Below the pieces are notes generated by a model. That model was not told the DNA's origin. It was given only the letters and a program-made list of their open reading frames with translations, and did no database searches. This document shows positions 1 through 8,782 of a DNA stretch of 64,000 bases, piece after piece. This stretch comes from a virus (Duplodnaviria > Caudoviricetes), in the IMG/VR virus record IMGVR_UViG_3300033120_000864, positions 1 to 64,000 of that record. The stretch is one strand, 5' to 3'. How positions within the stretch are numbered: position 1 is the stretch's first letter; each line of letters starts with the position of its first letter. Made by a program: the position numbers and the translations under genes.

Positions 1-57
1 TAGAATTCTTGCTTGTGATGCGAGAGGTCATGGGTTCAACTCCCATCATACACCCCA
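1..57 (+). tRNA. tRNA-His(GTG), 5'-truncated by window edge
   Basis: Anticodon arm cttgc-ttGTGat-gcgag, T-arm atggg-ttcaact-cccat, encoded CCA at 55-57. Confidence 0.85.
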
Positions 58-182
58 TTAAATTTTTCTAATCATTCCTCTCAAAAAACCTACTAAGAAG
101 CTTCAAAACTTACTAGGCTTTAGACTTTCTATCATCGCAGATAGTTTTTTCTATTTTTTTTTTACACTTTTAAACTGATCAA

Positions 183-1280
183 ATGAAATATAAGAAAGGC
201 GATAAGGTGTTAATGACATCAGAACAATATCCAAAGAATTGGAACAGAGAAAAAATGGATCCTTTTAAAGGGACAACTCAAGAAATAGAAAAAGCATTAG
301 ACTATTGCTATTATTTCGTTAATAAAAAATTAACAGATACTGGTTGTAGTTGGACTGATGATCATATTGAGAAATTAGTTTCTTCTGGACAAAGACTATT
401 TCAAACTGGAGATGTAGTAGAAATTACTGCAAAGTATATTGCTCCAGGACATAGTTTTAATATAGGAGATATTGGACAAATATATAGTAATTGGGGACCT
501 AAATATGATGGTAACTTTGCTTATAATGTTAAAGTAGCTGGTTCAATACAAGTAGTAAATGAAAATGCTTTAAAGCTTTCTACTAAAGTCATTTCTGGAG
601 ATTTTAAAAGAGGAGATAAATTAGTCTATTTCCAAAAGAAAGAAGGTTTTTACTGTGGATTTTATGAAGGACAAGAAGTAAACTTCAGTCATTATGCAGA
701 TCATGAATCTTGTCATTGTATGTCTTTAGATGGTAAAACTCCTCAATTAGTTTATAACAGCTGTTTAAAAAGAGTTGTTGAAAAAACATATAGATATAAT
801 CAATCTAATATGTTTGGAATGAAAATTCAATTTGGAGGTGATACTATCTATGAAATAGTAAAAGCATCCAAAAATGCAGATTTTGATTTAAAAGCTGTTC
901 GTACTGGAAGTGTATATGATAATCATTATACTTTAGAAAAGCTTAATACATATCTGGAAAATAGTTCTTGGACTGTAATATCTCTTCCTTCTCAAAATCC
1001 ATGTAGAGAAGTACCATTAAATGATGCACAGACGAAAAGATATGAGAAGTATGATAAGTACTATGAAACACATGACTATGATGGTGATGATTTTGATGAT
1101 GAAGAGGAGTATTATGAAGAAGATGAAGAAGAATTTTCTTCTACAGATCATTCAGTACAAATTACACCTCTTGTAGATAAGAAAAAGAAAAAACAGAAAG
1201 AAATTCTCATCTTACCACCAGAACCATTAGCTCTTGTATCTAAACCTACAAAAACAAAAAAAGATATTTTAATTTTTTAA
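183..1280 (+). CDS. hypothetical protein with repeated KOW/SH3-like 'K.GD.V' units and acidic C-terminal tract
   Basis: Long ORF; KKGDKV, FQTGDVV, FKRGDKL repeats. Confidence 0.6.
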   Translation: MKYKKGDKVLMTSEQYPKNWNREKMDPFKGTTQEIEKALDYCYYFVNKKLTDTGCSWTDDHIEKLVSSGQRLFQTGDVVEITAKYIAPGHSFNIGDIGQIYSNWGPKYDGNFAYNVKVAGSIQVVNENALKLSTKVISGDFKRGDKLVYFQKKEGFYCGFYEGQEVNFSHYADHESCHCMSLDGKTPQLVYNSCLKRVVEKTYRYNQSNMFGMKIQFGGDTIYEIVKASKNADFDLKAVRTGSVYDNHYTLEKLNTYLENSSWTVISLPSQNPCREVPLNDAQTKRYEKYDKYYETHDYDGDDFDDEEEYYEEDEEEFSSTDHSVQITPLVDKKKKKQKEILILPPEPLALVSKPTKTKKDILIF

Positions 1281-1302
1281 TCATTCATAAACCAAACATC
1301 AA

Positions 1303-1653
1303 ATGAATAAGTTTGAACAAAGGGTAGCAAGTCTCCTTAATGACGATGCAAAAAAGACACAACCTGAAAGGACTTTCAAAGCTGTACAAGCACATCTGAA
1401 AGTACAAAATGCTCAACTGGAAGCTAAGAAGCAAGAAGATGAGCAAGCTGTAGAAGCAGCAAAGGATGCCTATGAGGCTGCTAAGTATGTCACATCTTTT
1501 GACAAGTACTCATACCTACCTAACCTGCTCAGGGCCAAGAAAAATGTAGAAGAAGCTGAGGCCACTCTGCAACAGACTACAGACAGCATCACTCTGTATA
1601 CAGCACTCCTCACAGAGTTTGCTACAGAAGATGCTGCACCAGTCCAGGCTTAA
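1303..1653 (+). CDS. hypothetical coiled-coil protein
   Basis: ORF with A-rich leader, followed by terminator. Confidence 0.65.
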   Translation: MNKFEQRVASLLNDDAKKTQPERTFKAVQAHLKVQNAQLEAKKQEDEQAVEAAKDAYEAAKYVTSFDKYSYLPNLLRAKKNVEEAEATLQQTTDSITLYTALLTEFATEDAAPVQA

Positions 1654-1668
1654 GTAAAGATCATGAAG

Positions 1669-1704
1669 ATAGAAGGAGTATAGTAATATATTCCTTCTAT
1701 TTTT
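1669..1704 (+). terminator. intrinsic terminator
   Basis: atagaaggagtata-gtaa-tatattccttctat hairpin plus T-run. Confidence 0.7.
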
Positions 1705-1717
1705 AAAAAAAGAAACA

Positions 1718-2155
1718 ATGGCAAATCAATTAGCAAAAGCAATATTCATTGCATGCACAGGCTTCTTAGGTAAAGTGGATAAAGGAGGTCATCCTTATAT
1801 TCTACATTGTCTAAGAGTAATGCATAAACTACATACAGATGATGAAGATTTGAACATCATTGCTGTATTACATGACTTAGTAGAAGACTGTCCAGAAGAA
1901 TGGAGTTTTCCTAAGTTACAGGCTGAAGGATTTAGTAAGAGAGTATTGAATGCTCTTGTTTTATTAACTCATGATAAGGAAGTACCTTATGATGATTATA
2001 TAAAAGCTATTTCTCATAACCACGATGCTACTATGGTGAAGATGGCAGACTTAAGAGATAATTCCAATATAACAAGATTAAAAGGCTTAACGAAGTCTGA
2101 TTTTGATAGAATGGAAAAGTATCAAAGAGCCTATACATACTTATCTAAACTCTAA
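1718..2155 (+). CDS. RelA/SpoT-type HD hydrolase (small alarmone hydrolase/MESH1-like)
   Basis: PYILH, AVLHDLVED, VKMADLRDN motifs. Confidence 0.8.
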   Translation: MANQLAKAIFIACTGFLGKVDKGGHPYILHCLRVMHKLHTDDEDLNIIAVLHDLVEDCPEEWSFPKLQAEGFSKRVLNALVLLTHDKEVPYDDYIKAISHNHDATMVKMADLRDNSNITRLKGLTKSDFDRMEKYQRAYTYLSKL

Positions 2156-2163
2156 TCTTAGAG

Positions 2164-2198
2164 GCCTTCATGGTGGAACTGGTAGAAATCATGAAGGA
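2164..2198 (+). pseudogene. internally deleted tRNA-Leu-like relic (acceptor stem plus D-loop only)
   Basis: GCCTTCA-TG-GTGGAACTGGTAGA joined almost directly to complementary TGAAGG. Confidence 0.45.
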
Positions 2199-2201
2199 TA
2201 T

Positions 2202-2287
2202 GCAGGAGTGATGAAACTGGTAGCACATGAAACACTTAAAATGTTTTGGGACAAAATCCCGTGGGAGTTCGAGTCTCCTCTCCTGTA
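2202..2287 (+). tRNA. tRNA-Leu(TAA)
   Basis: Acceptor gcaggag/ctcctgt, anticodon arm aaaca-ctTAAaa-tgttt, long variable arm, T-loop ttcgagt; followed by CTA, not CCA. Confidence 0.9.
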
Positions 2288-2764
2288 CTATTTACCTATA
2301 TTTTTACCCCTATAATTATCAGTATAACTATGACAATTAGGACATAACAATTGTAGATTTTCTAATCTATTATCATTTCTAATTCCATTTATATGATGTA
2401 GTTCTAAGCTTATAGGTTTATCTAACCAACAAGTATTTAAACAATTCTCACATTGATGTTTCTTTATTCCTTCTTTAATAAGTCTTTTATTAAGCTTATA
2501 AGAAGAATAATAAGCTCCTGTAGAATAGTTTGAATCTACTATTAACAAATCTTGAATAGATTTTTTAGAAGTAAAAGTTTTATTCTTATTGGAAGCTTGT
2601 CCAGTAAAATGGGAAATATCTAATTTGAATTGTTTTATTCTAATTTTAATATTAGAGTAATTACCACCAGCCTCTTTAAGATTTAGTTTATTAAGAACTT
2701 GTCTAAAAGAAGTAGAATTTTTTACAATCTCTTCAAGATTTTCTTTTGTGTATTTTTTATTCAT
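2288..2764 (-). CDS. HNH homing endonuclease
   Basis: CENC...LELHHINGIRNDNRLENLQLLCPNCH. Confidence 0.9.
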   Translation of the reverse strand: MNKKYTKENLEEIVKNSTSFRQVLNKLNLKEAGGNYSNIKIRIKQFKLDISHFTGQASNKNKTFTSKKSIQDLLIVDSNYSTGAYYSSYKLNKRLIKEGIKKHQCENCLNTCWLDKPISLELHHINGIRNDNRLENLQLLCPNCHSYTDNYRGKNIGK

Positions 2765-2782
2765 ATTTAGTATTTAATATGG

Positions 2783-2814
2783 TAAAGATATAACAAAATT
2801 TTCACATTTCCAAA
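2783..2814 (-). promoter_or_regulatory. Bacteroidota sigma-A-type promoter
   Basis: TTTG-N20-TATCTTTA upstream of HNH start. Confidence 0.65.
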
Positions 2815-2839
2815 TTCATCACTAAAATAAGTTAATTTA

Positions 2840-3202
2840 ATGAAACACACCATTAAAGTTAAAAAAACAAGAGGAGCTGCTTACTCAGAAAAAGAGGTAG
2901 AACTTATCAAGTATTGTGTCAAGCAAAATCCACAAAGCTTAATAAAAGCTTTTAATAATGCAAGAGCTGCTATTTCTATTAATTTAGGAGTAACTAGAAC
3001 TTTAAATAGTATTGAAAATAAATACTATAATGACATAAGAAAAGGAGAAAAACTATTTTCTATAAAAGAGGGTAGCAAGAATGTAAAGAATTCATCAAAA
3101 AAGATCATATGTATAGCTAAATCTCAAACAATTGTAATAAACAACGGAAGAATTGAGATAGGAGATACTAAGATATTTGGAGATTTTCAAATCACACTCT
3201 AA
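2840..3202 (+). CDS. hypothetical protein, possible Myb/HTH-like DNA binder
   Basis: YSEKEVELI...RTLNSIENKYY pattern. Confidence 0.5.
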   Translation: MKHTIKVKKTRGAAYSEKEVELIKYCVKQNPQSLIKAFNNARAAISINLGVTRTLNSIENKYYNDIRKGEKLFSIKEGSKNVKNSSKKIICIAKSQTIVINNGRIEIGDTKIFGDFQITL

Positions 3203-3213
3203 ACAACCAACAA

Positions 3214-3381
3214 ATGACAATTTTTATTTTTTATTATCTTTTCTGCATTCTCTTTACAATAGGAGGATCACTTAAAGATTGGAAAAGCTATCCATGGTGG
3301 GGAATTGCTCTAGGAGCAATATTATCTCCTATAACCACACCAGTTGTAATAGGACTAACAGTTGCTGTAATATTAGACTAA
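3214..3381 (+). CDS. small membrane protein (55 aa, below ORF-track cutoff)
   Basis: MTIFIFYYLFC...VAVILD*, two hydrophobic segments. Confidence 0.55.
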   Translation: MTIFIFYYLFCILFTIGGSLKDWKSYPWWGIALGAILSPITTPVVIGLTVAVILD

Positions 3382-3382
3382 T

Positions 3383-3568
3383 ATGACAAAGGGAGAAAAA
3401 AATGTTAGATGCTTTGTTATATTATTAATGCTTATTATGTTTGTATTACCTTTTGTATTAATGCCCACTGGTTGGAAAGAAGATACAATATTGGCAATAT
3501 GGATGTCATCATTAGTAATATTTTTATTATCAACATTAAGTTTTGTAATAATAAGTAGCAGATCATGA
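3383..3568 (+). CDS. small membrane protein
   Basis: Two TM-like segments; ATGA overlap with next gene. Confidence 0.55.
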   Translation: MTKGEKNVRCFVILLMLIMFVLPFVLMPTGWKEDTILAIWMSSLVIFLLSTLSFVIISSRS

Positions 3569-3810
3569 TAACAGCAAAAGAAGCAAAAGAAATTTTTGAA
3601 AATTCAGGAATAGAAGATAAAGCAAAAGCTATTATTCCTAAGATGGAAGCAGGTATAAGATCTGCAGCATCAAATTCTAAAACAACATATTTACACGATG
3701 TCCCAAGTGGAACAACTGAAGCTGTTGTAAAAGAAGTAATAAAGCAACTTACACTTCTTGGTTATAAAGATGTGTCTGCCACTGGATCATATTTTCATAT
3801 ACATTGGTAA
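3565..3810 (+). CDS. hypothetical protein (paralog of 11359-11589)
   Basis: MITAKEAK...GY...IHW versus MISAKEAR...GY...ISW. Confidence 0.65.
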   Translation: MITAKEAKEIFENSGIEDKAKAIIPKMEAGIRSAASNSKTTYLHDVPSGTTEAVVKEVIKQLTLLGYKDVSATGSYFHIHW

Positions 3811-3820
3811 AACATATCTT

Positions 3821-4006
3821 ATGAGCAAACCACGCAAAATTTTCAGATTTTATCTAATTTTAGGAGTAGTCCTATTTATAGGCATTCCTAGCACATGTGG
3901 AATTTTAGAAGTAGCTAAACCATTATTTGAAAATATATGCATTGTAATAGGTGCTATATATTTATTTAGGCAACTCAGTCTTATAATCACCCCTACTTCA
4001 ATATGA
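3821..4006 (+). CDS. small membrane protein
   Basis: Probable start at MSKPRK; two hydrophobic segments. Confidence 0.45.
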   Translation: MSKPRKIFRFYLILGVVLFIGIPSTCGILEVAKPLFENICIVIGAIYLFRQLSLIITPTSI

Positions 4007-4146
4007 GGGTTGGGGTGTACTCCCTGGAGTCTTAAATAAGTAATTTATAATCCATTCAGGATAGGTGTTTCTAAGACTGAGTTGCCATATAATTGTGAAT
4101 AACAATTATATGAATATGTTTTTCCACATACTATATACAGAAAATG

Positions 4147-4237
4147 TGTAGGGATAGAGTTCATAGAAACTACGGGGCTTTATTCCATCAAACATTGCTA
4201 TGAATGCACTAAACACCAATAGTGCCTCTTCCCTACA
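4147..4237 (+). ncRNA. putative three-way-junction RNA
   Basis: tgtaggga-t-agag/ctct-tccctaca closing stem; inner stems ttcatag/ctatgaa and gcacta/tagtgc. Confidence 0.4.
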
Positions 4238-4260
4238 TCATCAAATCTAAATATAAAGTC

Positions 4261-4458
4261 ATGGAAAAACTACAAACAGAAATTTTTGGAAAGGAGAAGA
4301 ATGCTATTAGTCTAATAGAAAAAACTCTATCAGCTAATAGTACTTACAGTGGTAAAATTTCAGTCATTAGACACATTCTAAAGAAGTTTGACAACAGTGT
4401 AGATGAATTAGTGTCAGAATGTGTTCTAAGTGCTGAGAGTAGAGATTTACCCTTTTAG
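4261..4458 (+). CDS. hypothetical protein
   Basis: Likely start MEKLQ; ends DLPF; terminator follows. Confidence 0.55.
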   Translation: MEKLQTEIFGKEKNAISLIEKTLSANSTYSGKISVIRHILKKFDNSVDELVSECVLSAESRDLPF

Positions 4459-4467
4459 AGAATCAAC

Positions 4468-4500
4468 GAGAGATGCAAATAATATTGTGTCTCTCCTTTT
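4468..4500 (+). terminator. intrinsic terminator
   Basis: gagagatgcaa/ttgtgtctctc hairpin plus tttt. Confidence 0.6.
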
Positions 4501-4592
4501 ACCTTTCTCAATATTCAGAAAATATGTTAACAGTTAAAATATAATATTTTAAGAAACGGTTTATGTATTAATTGGGTTCTACTAAAGCCATA

Positions 4593-5006
4593 TCAATGGA
4601 CTTTAGATATTTCAAATGCATATTTTCCTACTTCATCGAGATATGATAATTTGATCTTCAACGTATTTCCAGTATCAGAATATAGAGTCCATTCTTTCTC
4701 TGAAACTATTACATAGTTCTTATTGAAGAATTTAACCCATGATTGGGTAGCATCTCTATCACTTGGAGATATAATAGTTCTGATTATTTCATCGTAGGTA
4801 TTGAACATTACAAGAACTAAGGAAGAGTTTGGTTTATCAAACCATGTCAAGGTTTTAGCTTTAGTATCTCCTAGCTTTATATAGTCCTTAACAATCTCTC
4901 CATCTATCACCTCTCTAATTTGCTTCTCTGACTGTCCTAGATAGTACTGAGAATAACCTGAAATTGAGAAATAGAGAGAGAAAACTAGGAATAAAAGATA
5001 CTTCAT
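4593..5006 (-). CDS. secreted Bacteroidota-type hypothetical protein (IS passenger)
   Basis: Signal peptide MKYLLFLVFSLYFSISGYS followed by Q. Confidence 0.7.
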   Translation of the reverse strand: MKYLLFLVFSLYFSISGYSQYYLGQSEKQIREVIDGEIVKDYIKLGDTKAKTLTWFDKPNSSLVLVMFNTYDEIIRTIISPSDRDATQSWVKFFNKNYVIVSEKEWTLYSDTGNTLKIKLSYLDEVGKYAFEISKVH

Positions 5007-5027
5007 ATTACATGTTTGACGTTACAT

Positions 5028-5170
5028 AAAAAGGCGTGAGATAATTGTCATACTTGTAGTCTGAGGCTCTCGATTGCCCATAAAACAGAATATAACAAGT
5101 CTCACGCTGAACGTGTACCTGCATTTATATTCCCTGTTTTATTATGAAGTTTTCGAGATTTCAGACTACA
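5028..5170 (-). promoter_or_regulatory. structured 5' leader with two crossing helices
   Basis: gcgtgaga(5034)/tctcacgc(5100) and tgtagtctgaggctctcga(5056)/tcgagatttcagactaca(5153); U-tract after last helix on minus strand. Confidence 0.5.
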
Positions 5171-5242
5171 GAGATATACCTGGGGTATATGAATATGATG
5201 TTAGCTTTCGCCTATAGATGTAGCTTTAGTTAGTTAATAGCA

Positions 5243-5272
5243 CAAAATTAACTATATTGAAAGTAAATCAAA
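5243..5272 (-). promoter_or_regulatory. Bacteroidota sigma-A-type promoter for passenger gene
   Basis: TTTG-N18-TAATTTTG. Confidence 0.55.
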
Positions 5273-5279
5273 GTTTATT

Positions 5280-5417
5280 TTGCCTGAGAAGAAAAGACAA
5301 TACAAGTCTATAGATGAGCTTACTAAAGGCTTTGATAAATTCATTAAGAAAGAAAAAATCAAAGAAGCTGATAAGGAGCTAAAGAAGCTCATTAAAAGGC
5401 CTAAGCAATCAAAGTGA
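5280..5417 (+). CDS. small basic protein (45 aa, TTG start) convergent with transposase
   Basis: MPEKKRQYKSIDELTKGFDKFIKKE...; TTGAAAGTAA motif upstream. Confidence 0.4.
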   Translation: MPEKKRQYKSIDELTKGFDKFIKKEKIKEADKELKKLIKRPKQSK

Positions 5418-6282
5418 CCAGAGTATTAAATATCTGTTTATTACTTCGGTTATTGAATCTAAATGTTACCTCATCAGCATAGAGTTGTAAATACTTTGGA
5501 GAGACGTGTATGTAAGAACCTTTAATAGTTCTCTTAAACACAGACCAAAAATTTTCTACATGATTAGTTGTAACATTTCCATTACTATACTCGCCTCTAC
5601 AGTGATATACAATATCATGCTTGTAGTTTTTAGAAGTGCTTGAGTAGGCTCCCCATTCATCAGACATGACATGCGAGTTCTTAGCCACTTTAGAAAGGAT
5701 TATAGGCATTATTGAGCTTGCTTTGGTATCTGACATCACTTTAGTGTAAACTTTGCCTGTAGACCTGCTAAAAACTCCAAATACAGGAGTTTTATCCTTA
5801 AATGATCTACCTTGTGAGTTTTCTACTTTCTTATCTCTATGTCTGTTTATGTTCTTACCACCTACAAAGGTTTCATCGCATTCAACTATACCAGTAAATA
5901 GGGTCTTATCTTCTACAAGAAGTCTTCTAATCTGCATGAGCATACGCCAGCAGGTTTTATAAGTGCAGCCTATTTGCCTTTGTAGTTCACATGCTGATAA
6001 GCCATTCTTTGAGGAAGTGAATAGAAACATAGCATAGAACCAATAAGAAAGAGGTGTAGAACTCCTATAGAAGATAGTGCCTACCATCGGATGTATTTGA
6101 TTATAACATTTAGGACAATAATAACATGTCCTATCTTTTACTCTTTTATATCCATTAGTACTATTGCACTTAGGACAGATTTTAAGTTCACCAAATCTGA
6201 GCTTGAATAACCTATCAAGACAAACACTATCTGAGCTATATTCTGCCTTAAAATCCCTTATTGTATATCCTTTAATCTTCAT
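5401..6282 (-). CDS. IS1595-family DDE transposase
   Basis: Zn ribbon CPKC...CPKC, HTH, DETFVGGK, SDEW, NHVENFW; start at 6282 just after TATATTTG. Confidence 0.92.
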   Translation of the reverse strand: MKIKGYTIRDFKAEYSSDSVCLDRLFKLRFGELKICPKCNSTNGYKRVKDRTCYYCPKCYNQIHPMVGTIFYRSSTPLSYWFYAMFLFTSSKNGLSACELQRQIGCTYKTCWRMLMQIRRLLVEDKTLFTGIVECDETFVGGKNINRHRDKKVENSQGRSFKDKTPVFGVFSRSTGKVYTKVMSDTKASSIMPIILSKVAKNSHVMSDEWGAYSSTSKNYKHDIVYHCRGEYSNGNVTTNHVENFWSVFKRTIKGSYIHVSPKYLQLYADEVTFRFNNRSNKQIFNTLVTLIA

Positions 6283-6419
6283 ACACAAATATATGAATAA
6301 TATTTGTAATATGAAAGAAATTAATGTTAATTTTTTAGTTAAAAAATGAGTGATAGTAAAGGTTTAATAGGGTTTGAGAGTTTACATTACATAGTATATT
6401 TTTAACCAGAAAAAATAAA

Positions 6420-6444
6420 AAGTCTCAGGGTTTAGCTGAGACTT
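6420..6444. terminator. hairpin terminator, probably for minus-strand ORF
   Basis: aagtctcag/ctgagactt with A-run on left. Confidence 0.55.
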
Positions 6445-6452
6445 CCATCAAA

Positions 6453-6665
6453 TTATCTTTTGATTAAGGTGTAGATATATTTACTACACCAAACAATGAA
6501 ACAAGTACATAGCCCAGCAGATAATTGGACTATGAAGGACCTAATTAGTTCTTCTTGCACAGAATTGATTAAATTACCTTCAATAAAGGAAATAGAGTAT
6601 TTCTCTCTATTCTCCAATATTGAAAAGATAAAAAACAGAATTGAATTTAATAACCCCTTATACAC
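6453..6665 (-). CDS. small hydrophobic hypothetical protein
   Basis: ORF ends at minus-strand terminator. Confidence 0.35.
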   Translation of the reverse strand: MYKGLLNSILFFIFSILENREKYSISFIEGNLINSVQEELIRSFIVQLSAGLCTCFIVWCSKYIYTLIKR

Positions 6666-6770
6666 ATATTAATTATATTAAATTAATTGGGTTGAAGGGA
6701 TGAATGCCTTTATTTATATTGGCAGTAGTATTCGTATTTCACAGTTAACAAATTTAAACATCAAAACACA

Positions 6771-7550
6771 ATGAGTATTGAATTAAAAAAAACACCCTTA
6801 GATGATAAGTATGAAGGATTTATGCTTGCCCTGGATAATCCAGACAAATCAGCATTGATTGATCTCACTTTTCAACTAAGCCCTAACAATGTAAACAAAC
6901 TCCTATCTGAAAAGAAGAGTTTGGAACTCGAAAGGGCACAAATGTCAAAAACTTTCAAAGGAAAGCACAAAGTGTTTACTCTGGAAGAAGTGAAAGAAGA
7001 ATGTTTGCAATATAACAGAGCTTTCACGAGAGCTTCTAGGTTTGAAGGAGAGTATTCTCTAGAACTTATGGCTAAGATCAAGGCATTTATAACTGAGTTT
7101 GATCTCAATAACCCAGGCAACTTTGAATACACATTCTATTGCATGGGAGAAATGGACAACACAGCAGACAATGTCAAGATCAAAGACTGTGCAAAAGATC
7201 CTTTGTTCTTCTACAGAACAAGAAATGATAGTGGAGGAAGAGACTTTTTCATTCTACTTGATGGAGATACAAACTATGTAACTCTGACTAATCTTATCAA
7301 TGGCTTTGAACAAAAACATGAGCTGTGTAAGATAGTGGGTAGCCTGGTGAAGATCATACTTCCATCAATAGCTGCAGTATTTCTCATCAATCTCTTATTC
7401 CATGGAAGTTGTCTATGGTGGGGTTGTATGCTTATTGGCACATTCTTTGGAGCAATAGCTACGCTATTCTACATGATGGCTGTCAATAAAGGAGACTCAT
7501 ACTACAATATGAAGAAGTATCAATATTATACAAATGCAATGCAAAGATGA
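6771..7550 (+). CDS. hypothetical membrane protein
   Basis: Two C-terminal TM segments. Confidence 0.7.
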   Translation: MSIELKKTPLDDKYEGFMLALDNPDKSALIDLTFQLSPNNVNKLLSEKKSLELERAQMSKTFKGKHKVFTLEEVKEECLQYNRAFTRASRFEGEYSLELMAKIKAFITEFDLNNPGNFEYTFYCMGEMDNTADNVKIKDCAKDPLFFYRTRNDSGGRDFFILLDGDTNYVTLTNLINGFEQKHELCKIVGSLVKIILPSIAAVFLINLLFHGSCLWWGCMLIGTFFGAIATLFYMMAVNKGDSYYNMKKYQYYTNAMQR

Positions 7551-8308
7551 TACCAGGAATAATAATCGTAATTTTATTTATTTTATTTACAAAATATCTA
7601 CTGACAAATGATACAGATATAAGGATATCCATCCTGAAGTCTTATCTACTAGAGAATCAGTATAATGAAACCTTTACAATATGGTTTCTCTCTCTACTAT
7701 TTCCAATAACATTGGTACAATACATATTTATCAAAAAAATCAACATGAAAAACATACTCACAGCAATCGTACTAATTGCACTGGCTTCAGCATTAGTATA
7801 TGGAGGTACGCAGCTAACAGGAAAAGTAATAGATTTCTCTAATACAGAGATCAATGTCAAAAATAACTACAATTCTGAAGTAACAAACAGGACAGCTATC
7901 TATGACAAGATGTACAAGGAAATCAGTGCTAACACTGAACTATCTCTCAAAGTAGACTCTTCTTTCAAGGAAGTAGTAGCTATTGTAATGAGCAATAGGC
8001 AAGATGGGCCAAACCTTACATGGAAATGGCTTCAAGAATCTAATCCTACAGCTACATATGCACAAGTAGCAGCTTTCTACAGAGATCTTTCTGTTGTAAT
8101 AAACAATAACAGAGAAGAATTTTTGGCACAAGATAAGCTTTTATCAAGCATCAATAAGCAACATGAAGATCTAATAGGTACTTTTCCCAATAGTCTGTAT
8201 AATACAGTGCTAAAAAGGAAGTCTTTTGACTACATACCTATCACCTCTACAAGAGCTGAAGAAGTGAACAAAACTCACAAAGATGATGATGTAAAAGTCT
8301 TCAAATAA
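7547..8308 (+). CDS. LemA-like membrane-anchored protein (alternative start 7745)
   Basis: TM anchor plus helical domain with WLQESNP and FPN motifs. Confidence 0.55.
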   Translation: MIPGIIIVILFILFTKYLLTNDTDIRISILKSYLLENQYNETFTIWFLSLLFPITLVQYIFIKKINMKNILTAIVLIALASALVYGGTQLTGKVIDFSNTEINVKNNYNSEVTNRTAIYDKMYKEISANTELSLKVDSSFKEVVAIVMSNRQDGPNLTWKWLQESNPTATYAQVAAFYRDLSVVINNNREEFLAQDKLLSSINKQHEDLIGTFPNSLYNTVLKRKSFDYIPITSTRAEEVNKTHKDDDVKVFK

Positions 8309-8314
8309 TATTTA

Positions 8315-8406
8315 TAATGTCGCCCCTTATTGTTTAATACAATGAAGCTGCCTATGATCTAGCAGTGATTTACCATGTACATTAGGTAATAAAGGGGGCG
8401 ACATTA
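8315..8406 (+). ncRNA. putative cloverleaf (four-way junction) RNA
   Basis: taatgtcgcccc/ggggcgacatta closing stem enclosing three hairpins: attgt/acaat, ctgc/gcag, ttacc/ggtaa. Confidence 0.5.
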
Positions 8407-8436
8407 ATTTTCTAATATCTTAACACTTAAACACAA

Positions 8437-8778
8437 ATGTCAAAACACACAGCTATTCCATATGTTAGAACATATGAAGTAAAAGATGATGGATCTAGGG
8501 GAAATCAAACCAATAAGATCACAAAAAATGATCCATATCTTCATATTGAGGATGCTCTTTCAAGATCTGAAAGAAGAGGTCATGTAAAGAAAGATGTACT
8601 CAACGGAGAAATAGTATACTACAGGAAGCTCAGAAATGGTAACTTCATGAGTAACTCTGGTCATCAAGTGAACAGAAACTATTTTTTCAGTAAAGCATAT
8701 CTGAATAAATTTGTACCTGAAGATCAGCCAGCTGAAGAAGTGGTAGCTGAAGAAGTACCAGTAGAAGAAGCTGCATAA
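8437..8778 (+). CDS. hypothetical protein with acidic AEEV tail
   Basis: ORF with A-rich leader. Confidence 0.65.
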   Translation: MSKHTAIPYVRTYEVKDDGSRGNQTNKITKNDPYLHIEDALSRSERRGHVKKDVLNGEIVYYRKLRNGNFMSNSGHQVNRNYFFSKAYLNKFVPEDQPAEEVVAEEVPVEEAA

Positions 8779-8782
8779 TATT

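Larger units (their letters stand above)
4533..6406 (-). mobile_element. IS1595-family element with passenger gene (boundaries tentative)
   Basis: Minus-strand block in a + strand genome; imperfect inverted repeats gttaaaatataatattttaag (4533) and cattacatagtatatttttaac (ends 6406); no clear target duplication. Confidence 0.55.

Noticed and set aside
2103-2315. 70-aa ORF
   Set aside because: Overlaps tRNA-Leu and the HD gene; spurious.
5753-6349. + strand ORFs at 5753 and 6164
   Set aside because: Antisense shadows of the transposase.
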